DNA from: Carcharhinus amblyrhynchos
Lineage: Eukaryota
DNA length: 64,000 bases
Assembly (NCBI GenBank): GCA_965287045.1
Contig: OZ336888.1
Span: forward strand, 35,464,001 to 35,528,000
Direction of reading: 5' to 3'
This document shows positions 23,566 through 35,659 of this stretch, in pieces. Position 1 is the stretch's first letter. Every line of letters begins with the position of its first letter. The notes beneath the pieces are model-generated. The model was not told the DNA's origin. It saw only the letters and a list, made by a program, of their open reading frames with translations, and made no database searches. The translations under genes were made by a program, and so were the position numbers.

Positions 23566-23829
23566 TAGAATCCTTACAATGCAGAAGGTTGTCATCCGGC
23601 CCATTAACTCTGCACCAACTCTCCAATTGAACACGTTACCGTGCCCCAATCCCCGTAACAACACATATTTACCCCGAGCCTACAAACTCCGGGACACTAA
23701 GAGGCAACTTAGCATGGCCAATCCATCTAACCTGCACGTCTTTGGACTGTGGGAGGAAATCGGAGCAGTTTGTGCAATGTGAGAATGTGCAAACTCCACA
23801 CAGTTGACTTTGTTGCCTTGAAAGGGACA

Positions 23830-24200
23830 ATCACAGGAGTGCAATCAAACAAAATTTGACACTGAACCACCTATGGCTGTATTGGGGCAGGTGACCAAAC
23901 ATCTGGTCCAGGAAAGTTTTGAATAAAGGGAATGAGGAAGAGGGGCTGAGGGAGGGAGTTCTAGAGCTTCAGGCCTAGGGAGCTGGTGTCAGGGCTGCCT
24001 CGTGTGCAGCAATGAAAATTGAGGCTGTAAAAGAGGCAGCAATTGGAAGAGCACAGAAATGTCCAATGGAGGAAATTATAGAGATGGAGAATGACAGAGA
24101 TCATTGAAGAATTTGAAAAAGAACAGTAACATTTTTCAAGTTTGATGAGCTAGCAGCAAACACAAAGTTAATGGGCAGATGGGGCTTGGTGAAAGTTAGG
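23830..24200 (-). mobile_element. Old L2 LINE 3' fragment
   Basis: Homologous to 14960-15350. Confidence 0.6.
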
Positions 24201-24799
24201 ATATGCTTCAGCCCATTCACCCCACAGTCCAGCCACTGGTAGTTGAACTTCAGCAACTCCACAGAACGCTGACCATCCTGCTCCCATCCCCCATGCAGTC
24301 AACTCATCGCTTACAATTTCTCCTCCTTCCTCAGATGTTTTATTCACTTCTCTCTGAGCTGCTGTGATCGCCTGGGTTTCAATGGTCATTTGTGCCAATG
24401 GATTCTATACTCTGCAATGATAACAAATTCTGATTGTGAGCTCTGACAGCTCCATCACCACTTTTTTTTTAAACTATGCAATGTTTCTGCACTTAAGGCA
24501 GCAAAATCGATACAAAAGGAAGTGTTAAGTATGGAGGTCAGAACAAGAGGCCTTGTTAAAACCGAGAAAAGTCTGAAACCTCCAGATGTCCGGAGTCTTT
24601 ACCAGCTCTCTAAGGCCACTGAAACTCATCGATAGAGTCAACATCTCTGCCCCTCAATAGCTGATTCCTGCAATTCACTACCAAAGGACTTCACTTCTGA
24701 AACGTGTACGGCTGAACATTCATTAATATCTCGAATCCCTTATTTTATATTCTGAAGCACAGGCAGCCAGAATGCGGACAAATTACTTCTCTCACATTC

Positions 24800-24955
24800 T
24801 GTGTGGAAAAATGAGAGGGATAGTGCATCTGGAAAGAAAAAGCGAGGACGAAAGGAGGAAGAGAGGGAGGAAGGAGGGGAGGGAGAAGTGGAGGAGAGGC
24901 AAGAGGAAAGAGACAGAAAGGAGGGGAGGATGAGAGAAGAAAGAGGAGGGGAAGG
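24800..24955 (+). repeat. Polypurine (GA-rich) low-complexity tract
   Basis: Nearly pure G/A from ~24830 to 24955. Confidence 0.85.
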
Positions 24956-24999
24956 AATTCGACTCTGACCGGTCACATCTCCCAAACGTGTTGCACCCC

Positions 25000-25270
25000 A
25001 TTCACTGACACACTTTCCTCTATCTTGCAGGACAAGGTGGCACACACAACAGGAGCTAACCAGGGCAGGATGGAGGAGACAGTGTCAGCCATGACTGGAG
25101 CAGCCATTGATGATGATGTGGTCGTTGGCAGGGCTATGATATCCTCAAATAGAATTTGCCTTCTCACATCCCGTGCCTCCTCATCCCACAGTCTCTTGTG
25201 ATTTACAAGTTGCAGATAGTGTCAGCATGCACCTTTCAATTCCCCAATCCCCACCTCAAACCACAACCTT
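25000..25270 (+). mobile_element. Second Harbinger Myb-like gene remnant (exon-2 region)
   Basis: CTTTCCTCTATCTTGCAG|GACAAGGTGGCACAC..AACAGG (DKVAH-NR) parallels the acceptor and exon at 9803/9804. Confidence 0.5.
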
Positions 25271-26214
25271 ATCTTGATGCCTTTCATTTTGCATAAGGTC
25301 ATAACATGTAAGAGTAGGGATGGGCCATTCAGCCCATCGGGCTTGACTGATCTGATTGTAACCGTAACTCTACTTTCTGGCTTGCCCCCCCATAACTCTT
25401 GTAGATCAAAACTCTGTCAAAATCAGCCATGAATATATTCAATTCCCAGGCTACACTGCATTCTGGGATAGAGAAATCATACCCAATTCAGAATTCCTGT
25501 ACGTGAAAGGTGCAACCTGGCCGGCTATAGGAGGAACAGCAATGAAACAGTGTTGACAGCGGAGGGCCCAATGACAGCTCACGAGAGGCGCAAGGGGGAA
25601 CGCGATGGTAACGGACCCAATAAGAGTTTGAAAGTTGCTCAAGGGGGAAGGAGAGGTTGGTGGACCCAGTGAGAGGTTAAAGGTGAGAGGCCAGCCTGTG
25701 GACCAGCCATATTCTGAGAAAAATCATGTGTGACTCTACAGGGGAACAGGGGAGTGATTGGTTGGTATTATCTCATTTATCTTTCAAAATATGGGCGATT
25801 TATTTAAAATTGTAAGGTTTTATTAGTCGCAATATAGTCTACTAACAGCATTGAAGCTCATTAGGAGTTGCAGGGTTTATTAATTATAAATTAATTAAGA
25901 AATATAAATTAATTAACACATAATAACGATGGCTATATCTGCACTAAGTGTCTGTGGCTCAATGAGCTTTGGCTCAGAGTTAATGAGCTGGAAGCCGGGT
26001 TGCAGACACTATAATGCATCCAGGAGGGAGAACAGCTACCTGGACACTTTGCTCCAGAAGATAGTCACCCCCACTCAAGATAGGATCATTTGATTTGGTC
26101 AGTGGCCAGGGAGAGGAGGATGACACAGGTAAGGGGACCCAGAGGTAGAAGTGGAGGAGACGCGCATTTGCAGTTTATCAATATATTGGTGGCTCTTGCA
26201 ACCTGTGCAACCTT

Positions 26215-26495
26215 GGGTGGCATGGTAGTACAGTGGTTAGCACTGCTGCTCCACAGTGCCAGGGACCTGGGTTTGATTCCTGGCTTGGGTCACTGTCCAA
26301 GTGGAGTTTGCATGTTCTCCCTGTGTCTGCACAGTTTCCTCTGGGTGCTCCAATTTCCTTCTGCAGACTGAAAGATGTGCGGGTTAGGTGCATTGACCCG
26401 GACAGGAGCCAGACTGTGGCGACCAGGAGAATTTCACAGTAACTTCATTGCAATGTTAATGTAAGCCTTACTGTGACTAATAAATAAACTTTTTA
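26215..26495 (+). mobile_element. HE1-like V-SINE with alternative 3' tail
   Basis: HE1 head and V-domain followed by ...ATTTCACAGTAACTTCATTGCAATGTTAATGTAAGCC...AATAAATAAAC. Confidence 0.85.
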
Positions 26496-27835
26496 TTTTA
26501 TAATAAAATAAGAGAGAGGGCTGCAAGATGGAGTTTTCTTATTCATTCAGCGGATGTGGGTGTCGCTGACTGGGCCAGCATTTATTACCCATCCCTAATT
26601 GCCCTTGAACTAAGCACTAGACCATTTCAGAGGGCATTTAAGAGTCAACCACATTGGGCAAATTAACCATGGCACCCTGGTACAGGGAGCCATTCAGACT
26701 GGGGTGGGGGGTGCAATAGGAATGGGGCAATAGGAGTATGGTCAGGGAAAGACACCGTTCTCTTGCAGTCGAGAGCAGGGGTTCACCCAGTTGTGTTGCC
26801 TGCCCAGTGGCAGGGTTCGCAACATCTGCTCTGGGCTGGAGAGGAACTTGCATTGGGAAGGGGGAGGATCCAGTTGCAGTATGGATACCAAAGACATAGA
26901 TAAGATTAGGAGGCAGGTTCTGCTTAGGGATTAGAGGCTAAATGAAGAATTAGAGTCTCAAAGGTAATCACCTCTGGATTGTTACCTTAGCCATGAGCAA
27001 ATTGGTGTAGTCTAAACGCAATTAGAGAGGTGAATATGTTTCTCAAGGACTGGTTTGGGAGAAATGAGTTTCAATTTATGGGACAGAGACACTAGTCCTG
27101 GGGAAAGTGAGAGCTGCAGTGGGATAAGTTTCAGCTGAATGGTGTTGGGACCAGTGTTCTGGCAAATCAGATAACTAGGGCAGCAGAGAGAGCTTTAAAC
27201 CAAATAGTGGGAAAGGATCATGTGAGAGGAGATATAGCAGTTCAAAGGGAAACAGCGAGGTACTAGCGGATTAATGTTTCAGGGAAAGACAACCAAAGTG
27301 TGGCAGGAAGGAGAAAATGTACAAGCTTAAGAATTTATAGGCAGATAAAGCCAGAGATTGCAAAAATGGTAAAAATACAGAATTAAAGGCTCTGTATCTG
27401 AATGTCCAGAATTCATGACAAAGTGGATGAATTTGTAGCACAGATAGGAATAAATATTTATGACCTAATAACCTAATAGACTGATATGGTTGCAAGGTGA
27501 CCAAGTTTGGGATCTGAATATTGATGAATATTTGATATTTCAAACTGATAGGAAGCTAGGTAAAGATGGTGGGGCAACTCTGTTAATTAAGGTTGACCTT
27601 AGATCAAAAGATAAGATATAGAATCAGTTTGGGGCAGAAATAGGGATGGTAAGAATTCACTTGTGGAAGTAGTTTACAGACCGCCTAACATTATAAGATA
27701 TACCAGAAGAAATAAATGGGGAATGTAAGAAAGGTACAGCAATAATCATGGATAACTTTAATCTACATGTGGACTGGATGACTCAGATTGGCAAAGGTCG
27801 CCTGGAAGTAGTCTATATTCAGGACAATTTCTGAG

Positions 27836-28558
27836 AGAAATAAGAACATAAGAACATAAGAACATAAGAAATAGGAGCAGGAGTAGGCCATCTGGCCCTT
27901 CGAGCCTGCCCCGCCATTCAATAAGATCATGGCTGATCTGTCGTGGCTCAGTTCCACTTTCCCGCCCTCTCCCCATAACCCTTAATCCCCTCTCTTATCA
28001 AAAACCCATCAACCCGCTTCTTAAAAATATTTAGCGAGGCAGCCTCCACCACTTCAACGGGCAGAGAATTCCAGAGATTCACCACCCTTTGAGTGAAGAA
28101 GTTCCTCCTCAACTCCGTTCTGAACCGCCCCCCCTTTATCTTGAGGCTGTGCCCCCTAGTCCTACTGTCTTTTTTGAGCGGGAAGAGTCTTTCCACCTCT
28201 ATCCTATCCATCCCATTCATCATCTTATACGTCTCAATGAGATCTCCCCTCATTCTTCTAAACTCTAACGAGTACAAGCCTAGTTTATTCAGCCTCTCCT
28301 CATAGCTCAACCCCCTCAACTCCGGTATCAGCCTAGTAAACCTCCTCTGCACTCCCTCCAAGGCCAAAATATCCTTGCGCAGGTGCGGCGCCCAAAACTG
28401 CACACAGTACTCCAGCTGCGGCCTCACCAATGCCCTATACAGCTGCAGCAAGACCTCCCTACTTTTATATTCAATCCCCCTCGCTATGAAGGCCAGCATC
28501 CCATTCGCCTTCCTGACCACCTGCTGCACCTGCAGGCTGGGTTTTTGCGACTCATGCA
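27836..28558 (-). mobile_element. Young CR1 LINE 3' fragment with an uninterrupted ~200-codon ORF2 C-terminus
   Basis: KANGMLAFIARGIEYKS...LVRPQLEYCVQFWAP...RRMRGDLIETYK; (TTCTTATG)n tail; CpGs retained. Confidence 0.95.
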
Positions 28559-28649
28559 ACCAGGGAGCAGGTTATTTTAGACCTAATAATGAGTATTAAC
28601 ACTGAATTAATCTATAACCAAGTGGTGAAGGAACCTTTAGTTATTTTTT

Positions 28650-29000
28650 CTTTATTCTTTCATAGATGTGGGTGTTGCTGGCAAGGGCAGTATTTATTAT
28701 CTGTACCAAAAGGCCCTCGAACTGAGAGGATTGTTGAGAATCAACCACATTGATCTCGAGTCGCATTTAGGCCAGACCAAGTAAGGATGCAGATTTCCTT
28801 CCCCAAAGGACATTAGTGAATCAGATGGGCTTTTACAATAACCAACAATGGTTTCATCATCACTGGATTTTTAATTCCAGATTTTTATTCATTTCAAATT
28901 TCATCATCTGCCATGTTGGGATTTGACCCTGGGTCCCCAGATCATTGACCTGGGTCTCTGGATTATTCGTTCAGTGACAATACCATGATACTACCTCCCT
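28650..29000 (-). mobile_element. tRNA-derived SINE (second family)
   Basis: Homologous to 15358-15710. Confidence 0.8.
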
Positions 29001-29140
29001 GCAGTTGAGGGACATCATAATCCAATAGAATTTTATGCTCAGTTAGAAGTGGAAAAATATGGACGTGAGACTAGTATTTTAAATCAAGATAAAGGTAATT
29101 AAAAGGACACTAAGGTAGAGCTAGCTAAAGTGGGAAACTA

Positions 29141-29329
29141 GGGTGGAATTTTTCAGCCCTTCCTGCCAGCGAGGTCTTCCAGTACCAAAGGTGTATCCCA
29201 CCTCCTTCCACACATGTCCCTTGGGACGGGAGAGCCATATAAATATGCTGTAGACATCCTGCCAGCGGCAATGGTGAACAACTTTCACCACTGGGAACAT
29301 GCCATTGGGGGAGCTGGAAAATCCCACCC
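29141..29329. mobile_element. MITE with 17-bp TIRs inserted in the old CR1
   Basis: GGGTGGAATTTTTCAGC ... GCTGGAAAATCCCACCC; the CTAG site is duplicated (2-4 bp depending on where the ends are placed). Confidence 0.85.
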
Positions 29330-29432
29330 TAGATTGAAAGGTAGGCCAGACTTCTAAGAAGATATTTAATAACTCTCAGCAAAGATTTATCCCAATGAGA
29401 AAGAAAGGCTCTTTGAGAAGCATGTATCTTCT

Positions 29433-30047
29433 CATGGAGTTTAAAAACAGTGAGATTATGTTGCAGCTGTATAAGGTGCTGGTGAGGCCACATCTGGAAT
29501 ACTGTGTACAGTTTTGGTCCCCTTACTTGAGAAAGGATATACTGGCACTGGAGAGGGTGCAGTGGAGATTCACTAGGTTGATCCTGGTGTTGAGAGGGTT
29601 GGTTTATGAGGAGAGATTGAGTAGACTGGGGCTATACTCATTGGCATTCATTGGAAGAATGAGGGGAGATCTTATAGAAACATATAAGATTATGAAGGCA
29701 ATAGATAAGAAAGAAGCAGGGAAGTTGTTTCCACTGGTGCGTAAGACTAGAACTAGGGGGCATAGCCTCAAAATAAGGCGATTTAGGACTGAGTTGAGGA
29801 GGAACTTCTTCACACAAAGGGTTGTGAATCTGTGGAATTCGCTGCCCAGTGAAGCAGTTGAGGCTACCTCATTGAATATTTTTAAAGCAAGGATAGATAA
29901 ATTTTTGAACAGTAAAGGAATTAAGGGTTATGATGAGTGGACGGGCAAGTGGGGCTGAGTCCCCAAAAAGATCAGCCATGATCTTATTGAATGGAGGAGC
30001 AGGCTCGAGGGGCCAGATGGCCTAGTCCTGCTCCTAGTTCTTATGAT
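29433..30047 (+). mobile_element. CR1 LINE 3' fragment (second subfamily)
   Basis: LYKVLVRPHLEYCVQFWSPYLRKD...NFFTQRVVNLWNSLP, followed by a CR1 tail. Confidence 0.95.
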
Positions 30048-32231
30048 AGATAAAAACATAAGAACATTTTGTGCCTAACTGAGGAAGCTAAGGATGTTTC
30101 AAATTGAAAGAAATACTATACAAATCTGCAAATATTACAGGTAGGTCAGAAGATTGGCCAGGTTTTAAGAAACAGCAAAGAATGACTAAAACTAGAAAAG
30201 AGAGAACTTAGTGTAAACTTGCTAATAATACAAAAGCAGACGGTACAAGTTTCTACAAGTATTTAAATAGGAACAGAAACACTGAAGTTTGTGTTGGTCC
30301 TCTAGACAGAGAGTCTTGGGAATTCACAATGGAAAATAAGAAAATGGCAGAGTTGTTGAACAGGTATTTTCCATCTGTCTTCATTCTGGATGAAAAAGTT
30401 CCCAAAGATTCTTGAAAGTCAAGAAGAGAAAAATTTCAAACAATCATCCTCAAAAGATGTCGGGAAAACTATTAGACCCAAAGGCTGACAAGTCTCCGGG
30501 ATCTGGGGTCTTAGAAGAAGACAGATAGTGAATGCACTGGTTATAATCTTCCAAATTTCCTTAGGTTCTGGAATGGTCTCAGTCGGTTCCGAAATAGATA
30601 ATGTAACACCTTTACTCAAGAAAGGAGGGAGAGAGAAAGTAGGGAAATTAAGGACTGATTCGTCTAACACCTGAAAATTGCTAGAATGATTCTGAAAGAG
30701 ATGGGAGATCACATGAGACCAGGTTATAGTTCAACTGGTTTATTAGGAATCACAAGCCTTTTTGTGAACTTGTCCACTTTGAGAGGAAGAATGAAAAGCG
30801 ATAGACTATTTAATTGGGGAGAGACCTTAGAACAGGAGAATGTGGATGTTCTGGTACATGAATCACAAAAAGGTTGGTATGCCAATACAGCAAGTGATTT
30901 GGAAGGCAAATGGAATGTTTATTACAAGGAGAATGGAATATAAAAGTCAGGAAGTTTTACTGAGACTGTATGGTCTTGGTGTGACCACACAAAGTGCTGT
31001 GTATGGTTTTGGTCTCTTTATTTGATAAATGGTGTAATTGAATTAGAAAGCAATCGACTCATTCCAGTGATGAAGGGCTGGTCTTACGAAGGAAGGGTAA
31101 ACAAGTTGGGCCAATACCCACTGGAGTTTAGGACAGTGAGAGGTGACCTTATTGAAACATAGACAATTCTGAGGGGAGTGGATAGAGTGGACATCAGGAG
31201 ACTGTTTCCTCTTGTGGGGGAGGAAAGAACCAGGGGACACAAGTTAAGATAAGAGGTCAAGAGGAGAATTTCTTTCTCACAGAGAGTCATTAGCTTTCCT
31301 CAGAAGGTGGTGGAGGTCGGGTCATTGAATTTATTCAAGGCTGAGTTAATCGATGAAAGAGTCAAGAGATATGGAAGGCAGATGGAAAGGTGGGGTTGAG
31401 ACCATAACCAGATGGCCATGATCTCATTGAATGGTGTAGCAGGCTCTAAGGGCTACTCCTGCTGCTGAGTTTAATGTTCTTATGATGCAGACCTGGTGCT
31501 ATCACTTGATTTTGCACTTGCAGCCACATAACAAATTCTGACACTGTGCTAGTCTTAGACAATAGATTAGAGCTGCAATCTGCATATAGTAAGCCACAGG
31601 GCGGTAGGGACAAAGGGTAAGGATAAAACAGTTGCCAATTTATCAGAGGGCAAGATTCTACCGGGGAGAGCTCCGATGGGCTTTGAAGAGGCAGCCTACA
31701 AAAGAACATTGATTAGCATACACAACATAATGCCGGAAGCCTGCAAGGAATCCTACAGTCACTGTCACTGAACATGAAGGAATCCAGCATCAACTTGGCA
31801 TCGTGTTTGATGCAGTGCCTGGAGCCCGTTCTTTCCAATATGCAAGTGCCAACTCTGTTTGCACACTTGTGGATCCCACCATGATGCAGTGACTGATGGG
31901 CAATGTTGCTGCTTCCAGCAGTCTGCCCTCAGGCTGGTCTGCTCCATCACAGTTTGTGCAGCAGGATGATTTTCACTGTATGCCATTGCATACATGCGGA
32001 GGCCACAAAGTGATATGTACGCAGTTAAGGGCACCTTCTAATATACGGAACCCTATAATCCCTAATGAAGCCATGTAATCATTCCACCTGCTTCACAAGA
32101 GAGAATTAATTGGATTAACTCTATTTACATAGGCAGCCTTAATGATCTCTCATATACTGACAGTGGAGGGAAACATATACTGTTAGAAATATTTCCAACT
32201 CCAGTCTGGAAGGAGCCAGACATAGAAACAT

Positions 32232-32360
32232 GGGGGGGATTTTTCGACCGCACTCTCCTCCAAGACTGGAAAATCCTGCCCGAGGTCAATGGACCTTTGC
32301 ATGGTCCATGTCCCACCTGCTACCATTCCCATGGTGAGTGGGATGGGAAAATTCTGCCCA
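32232..32360. mobile_element. Harbinger-type MITE
   Basis: GGGGATTTTT...GGGAAAATTCTGCCC; same family as 12975-13091. Confidence 0.65.
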
Positions 32361-32364
32361 CAGA

Positions 32365-33000
32365 AAATAGGACCACAAATAGGCAATTTGGCCCTTTGAG
32401 CCTGCTATGCCTTTCAACATGATCATGTCTGATTCTCTATCTCAACATAATACACTGGCACTCTCTCCAACCCCTTCACACCCTTAGAGTCTAGAAATCT
32501 ATCTACTTCCTTCTTAAATGTATTCAGTGATACGGCCCCCGCAGTTTTCTGTGGTAGAGAATTCCACCAGATTGCCAGCATTGAATGAAAACATTTCTCG
32601 TCATTTCTTTCTAAATGGCTTTTCCTAAGACTCCTTGCTCTAGACTCTGGCTCCTTGTTTACGACCCTCCAGCCAGAGGAAACAATTAGCCTGTGTCCAG
32701 TCTGTCTACCCCCTGTCAGAATTTTAAAAGTTTCAATTAGGTCCCCTCTCATTCTTCTAAATTTCAGTGAAAATGGGTCCAGTGGAACCAGAAAGACTGA
32801 TTCAATCCTGCCATCCCAGGAATCAGCCTGGTGAACTTTGGCTGCAGTCCCTTCATGGCAAATATGCATTTTCTTAGATAAAGAGACCAAAACTGTACAC
32901 AATATTCCAGATGTGGTCCCACAAGACTGATACAGCAGCTGTAAGACACCCTTGTTCCACAATGCAAACATGTGAATATTCAATCTCCAAATCACCTTTC
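32365..33000 (-). mobile_element. Decayed CR1 3' fragment
   Basis: LVGPHLEYCVQFWS and FRRMRGDLIETFKIL on the minus strand. Confidence 0.85.
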
Positions 33001-33194
33001 ATAACCATTGGCAATGCAGACATATCCGGATATGTCTCAGGCTGTAGAGGTGCCAGATTTTGAATGTGCCCTTACTGAAACACTGCTGTCTCAAACATAG
33101 CTCCACAATGAAGTTCAAATAGGAGAATTGCTCCATGATCACTTTGGTAGGCATGATCTCCTGCTGAGAGCCTTTCTCCTCCTTTATGTACCAG

Positions 33195-33525
33195 AATCAT
33201 AGGATCTTGGAATCCTTCAGTGCAGAAGGAGGCCACTTGGCCCATCGAGTCTGCACCAACCACAATCGCACCCAGGCCCCATCCCCACAACCCCATGCAT
33301 TTACCCTAACTAATTCCCCCGACACGAAGGGGCAATTTAGGATGGCCAATCCACCTAACCCTGCACATCTCTGGACTATGGGAGGAAACTGGAGCACCCA
33401 AAGGAAACCCATGCAGACGTGAGGAGAATGTACAAACTCCACACTGACAGTGACCCAATCTGGGAATCGAAGCTGGGTCCCTGGTGCTCTGAGGCGAAAG
33501 TGCTAACCACTGTGCCACCGTGCTG
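33195..33525 (-). mobile_element. HE1-like V-SINE
   Basis: Complete head, V-domain and CR1-type tail on the minus strand. Confidence 0.9.
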
Positions 33526-33934
33526 CACCTAGTAGTTTATCATGTTCTGTCTGGCCTCTGTTCATTTTCTAATACATGCTGTATTCCTTCATTAAATCCA
33601 TGTTTTGGGGGCAACTGGTTTTGAGGAGAAGCCTTGACATCAGCAAAATGTCCTTCAGTGCCTGCCACACCATCCCTGTAGACTTTTACAGCTTGGGAAA
33701 ACTGTAGAATGAACAAAACACTTACAGAATGTAGTCACAGCCAGAGGCAATCAATCAGCATTGAAGCTGAAAGTAAGAAATAATCCTTGTAAATAATGTT
33801 GGAGAGAATCCTGTCGCCTGGTGAACGTGTGTTTAACTGTGTGAGGTTGGCTGACATGTTAAGCTCAAAAATAGCATGGCTGTTGTAGTGATTGCAAGCT
33901 GATTGAAATCACAATCTGCCTGCTCTGCATACTA

Positions 33935-34422
33935 CATAGATCACAGAGTCCCTACAGTGCAGAAAGAAGCCACTCAGTCCATCGAATCTGCACTAACTCT
34001 CCTACAGAGCATCTTATGCAGACTCACCCCCTGCTCTATCCCAGTAAGCACAGTAAGAAGTGTCATTCACCTGATGAAGGAGCAGTGTTCTGAAAGCTTG
34101 TGGCTTGTGCTACCAAATAAACCTGTTGGGCTTTAACCTGGTGTTATGAGACTTCGTACTGCGCCCACGCCAGTTCAATGCCGGCATCTCCACATCATAG
34201 CTATTCCCGTAAACCCCCATATTTATCCCCCACCCTATACTTCTTGGGACACTAAGGGGCAACTTAGCATGCCCAATCTACCTAACCTGCACATCTTTTG
34301 GACTGAGGGGGGAAACCGGAGCACCTGGAGGAAACTCACGCAGATGCACAGAGAACATGCAGAGTCCGCAAGGCAGTCACACAAGGCTGGAATCAAACCC
34401 AAGTCCCTGACACTGTGAGGCA
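33935..34422 (-). mobile_element. HE1-like V-SINE interrupted by a Penelope fragment
   Basis: Tail at 33935-34047, body at 34201-34422. Confidence 0.8.
34048..34200 (+). mobile_element. Penelope pLTR fragment with a short inverted head and a hammerhead motif
   Basis: GCACAGTAAGAAGTGTCA is an inverted copy of TGAGACTTCGTACTGCGC; TCAC-CTGATGA-AGGAGCAGTGTTCT-GAAA-GCTT-GTG at ~34067-34102; imperfect 12-bp duplication CTATCCCAGTAA / CTATTCCCGTAA. Confidence 0.85.
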
Positions 34423-35659
34423 CAAATAACAAGGAAATACATTCTGAGAAAGAGACCTGTAATGTTTGGAATAGAAGGCAGAACTTGCAGCTGACAAGGA
34501 AGAACCCAGTTCCCAGGAATTCCACCAGTTTTCTGGATAAAATGACCACAACCGGACTTGAACTTCTGATGGACATTCACTGCATGCACAATAATGGCAA
34601 CACCACCCCAGGAGATTGTGTGCCACTGCCATTTTGGAGGTCTAAGGGCACTCAGAACACCCAAAAAGTGGCAACAAAGAGCCCACATTCCCGGCAATGA
34701 TACCTTATGCTGATGTCTGTTATAATTATCAAGCTCACTTCAGACTGTGTTCAAAAACGATTCAATCACTGCACATTTATTTCCTCCATGCCTTCTGTTG
34801 TAGCTATCCAACATTTCAAGGGTAGGTTTCTTGTCATGTTTTTGGGCAAGGGAAATCAGTAACTCTATCTGATCCCTTTCTAGGCTGCACGTTGAACTTA
34901 ACAAATATTCCAGGACTCAGATGGAACTTGTGTACATCCTACATGGTGCAACCATCTGGAAGAAAGGGTGGACAAAGTCAAGGACTGAAACCACACGTCG
35001 ATCATTGCACCTCATAGCAAGAATGTTCTTCCAAAAAAAGGTTGGTTTAATTTGTGTGTGACAAACACATTCCCCTAAACAACTCTTAATTCTGTAAAGC
35101 TCAGCTCTGTTGAAGACTTGAATCCTATGCCCACTTGTGAAAGTCTATTCCACATCACTCTCACATTCCCAGACAAATACAGGTTAAAAAGCTCAACAGC
35201 TGATTACTTCTGAGATTCAATCTTTAAATATTCCGACTCTACCAACATTGCAAATTCCTATTCCAATCAAACAGCTGTTGTCATTTGTCTGCTGAACGAC
35301 CGCCCTCCTTTCTCAGTAACTTCAAATAATTCATCGTAAGAGATCTGATCTTTTTCTCATCAATCACAGTGCACTTGTAACTGTGGAGTTCCTCAGTTGC
35401 CTCCATCTTCCTTTCCTTCAGCAATCGCCATGGTTTCAAATTCCAAGCCTACCCGCCTGTTGAACTAATTTCAGCTCTCGGCTTGCTTTATGTGCCTGGG
35501 CCACAAGTTGCTGCATCAAAGACCACTGCAGGGGGAACTCCAGCACTTCCTACATGTGGAACTTGCTTGCAAACAGCGTGGCACTTTATACACTGCCCTT
35601 TCACTAGGGAATTGAAATGCAGTTAACCATCACTTGCTGAGAAAACATTGGTGTGCCAA

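Larger units (their letters stand above)
25500..31485 (+). mobile_element. Old, near-full-length degenerate CR1 LINE with nested insertions
   Basis: ORF1 zinc finger/zipper YICTKCLWLNELWLRVNELE (~25935), esterase-like region (~26790-27190), endonuclease start LYLN (~27392), RT/C-terminus (~30400-31400), CR1 tail at ~31480. Confidence 0.85.

Noticed and set aside
27948-29958. ORFs of 203 aa and 187 aa considered as host genes
   Set aside because: They are 5'-truncated CR1 ORF2 C-termini with LINE tails
31740-32090. Coding-looking stretch with short ORFs on both strands
   Set aside because: No recognisable domain or splice structure; possibly a decayed retroelement, but I cannot assign it
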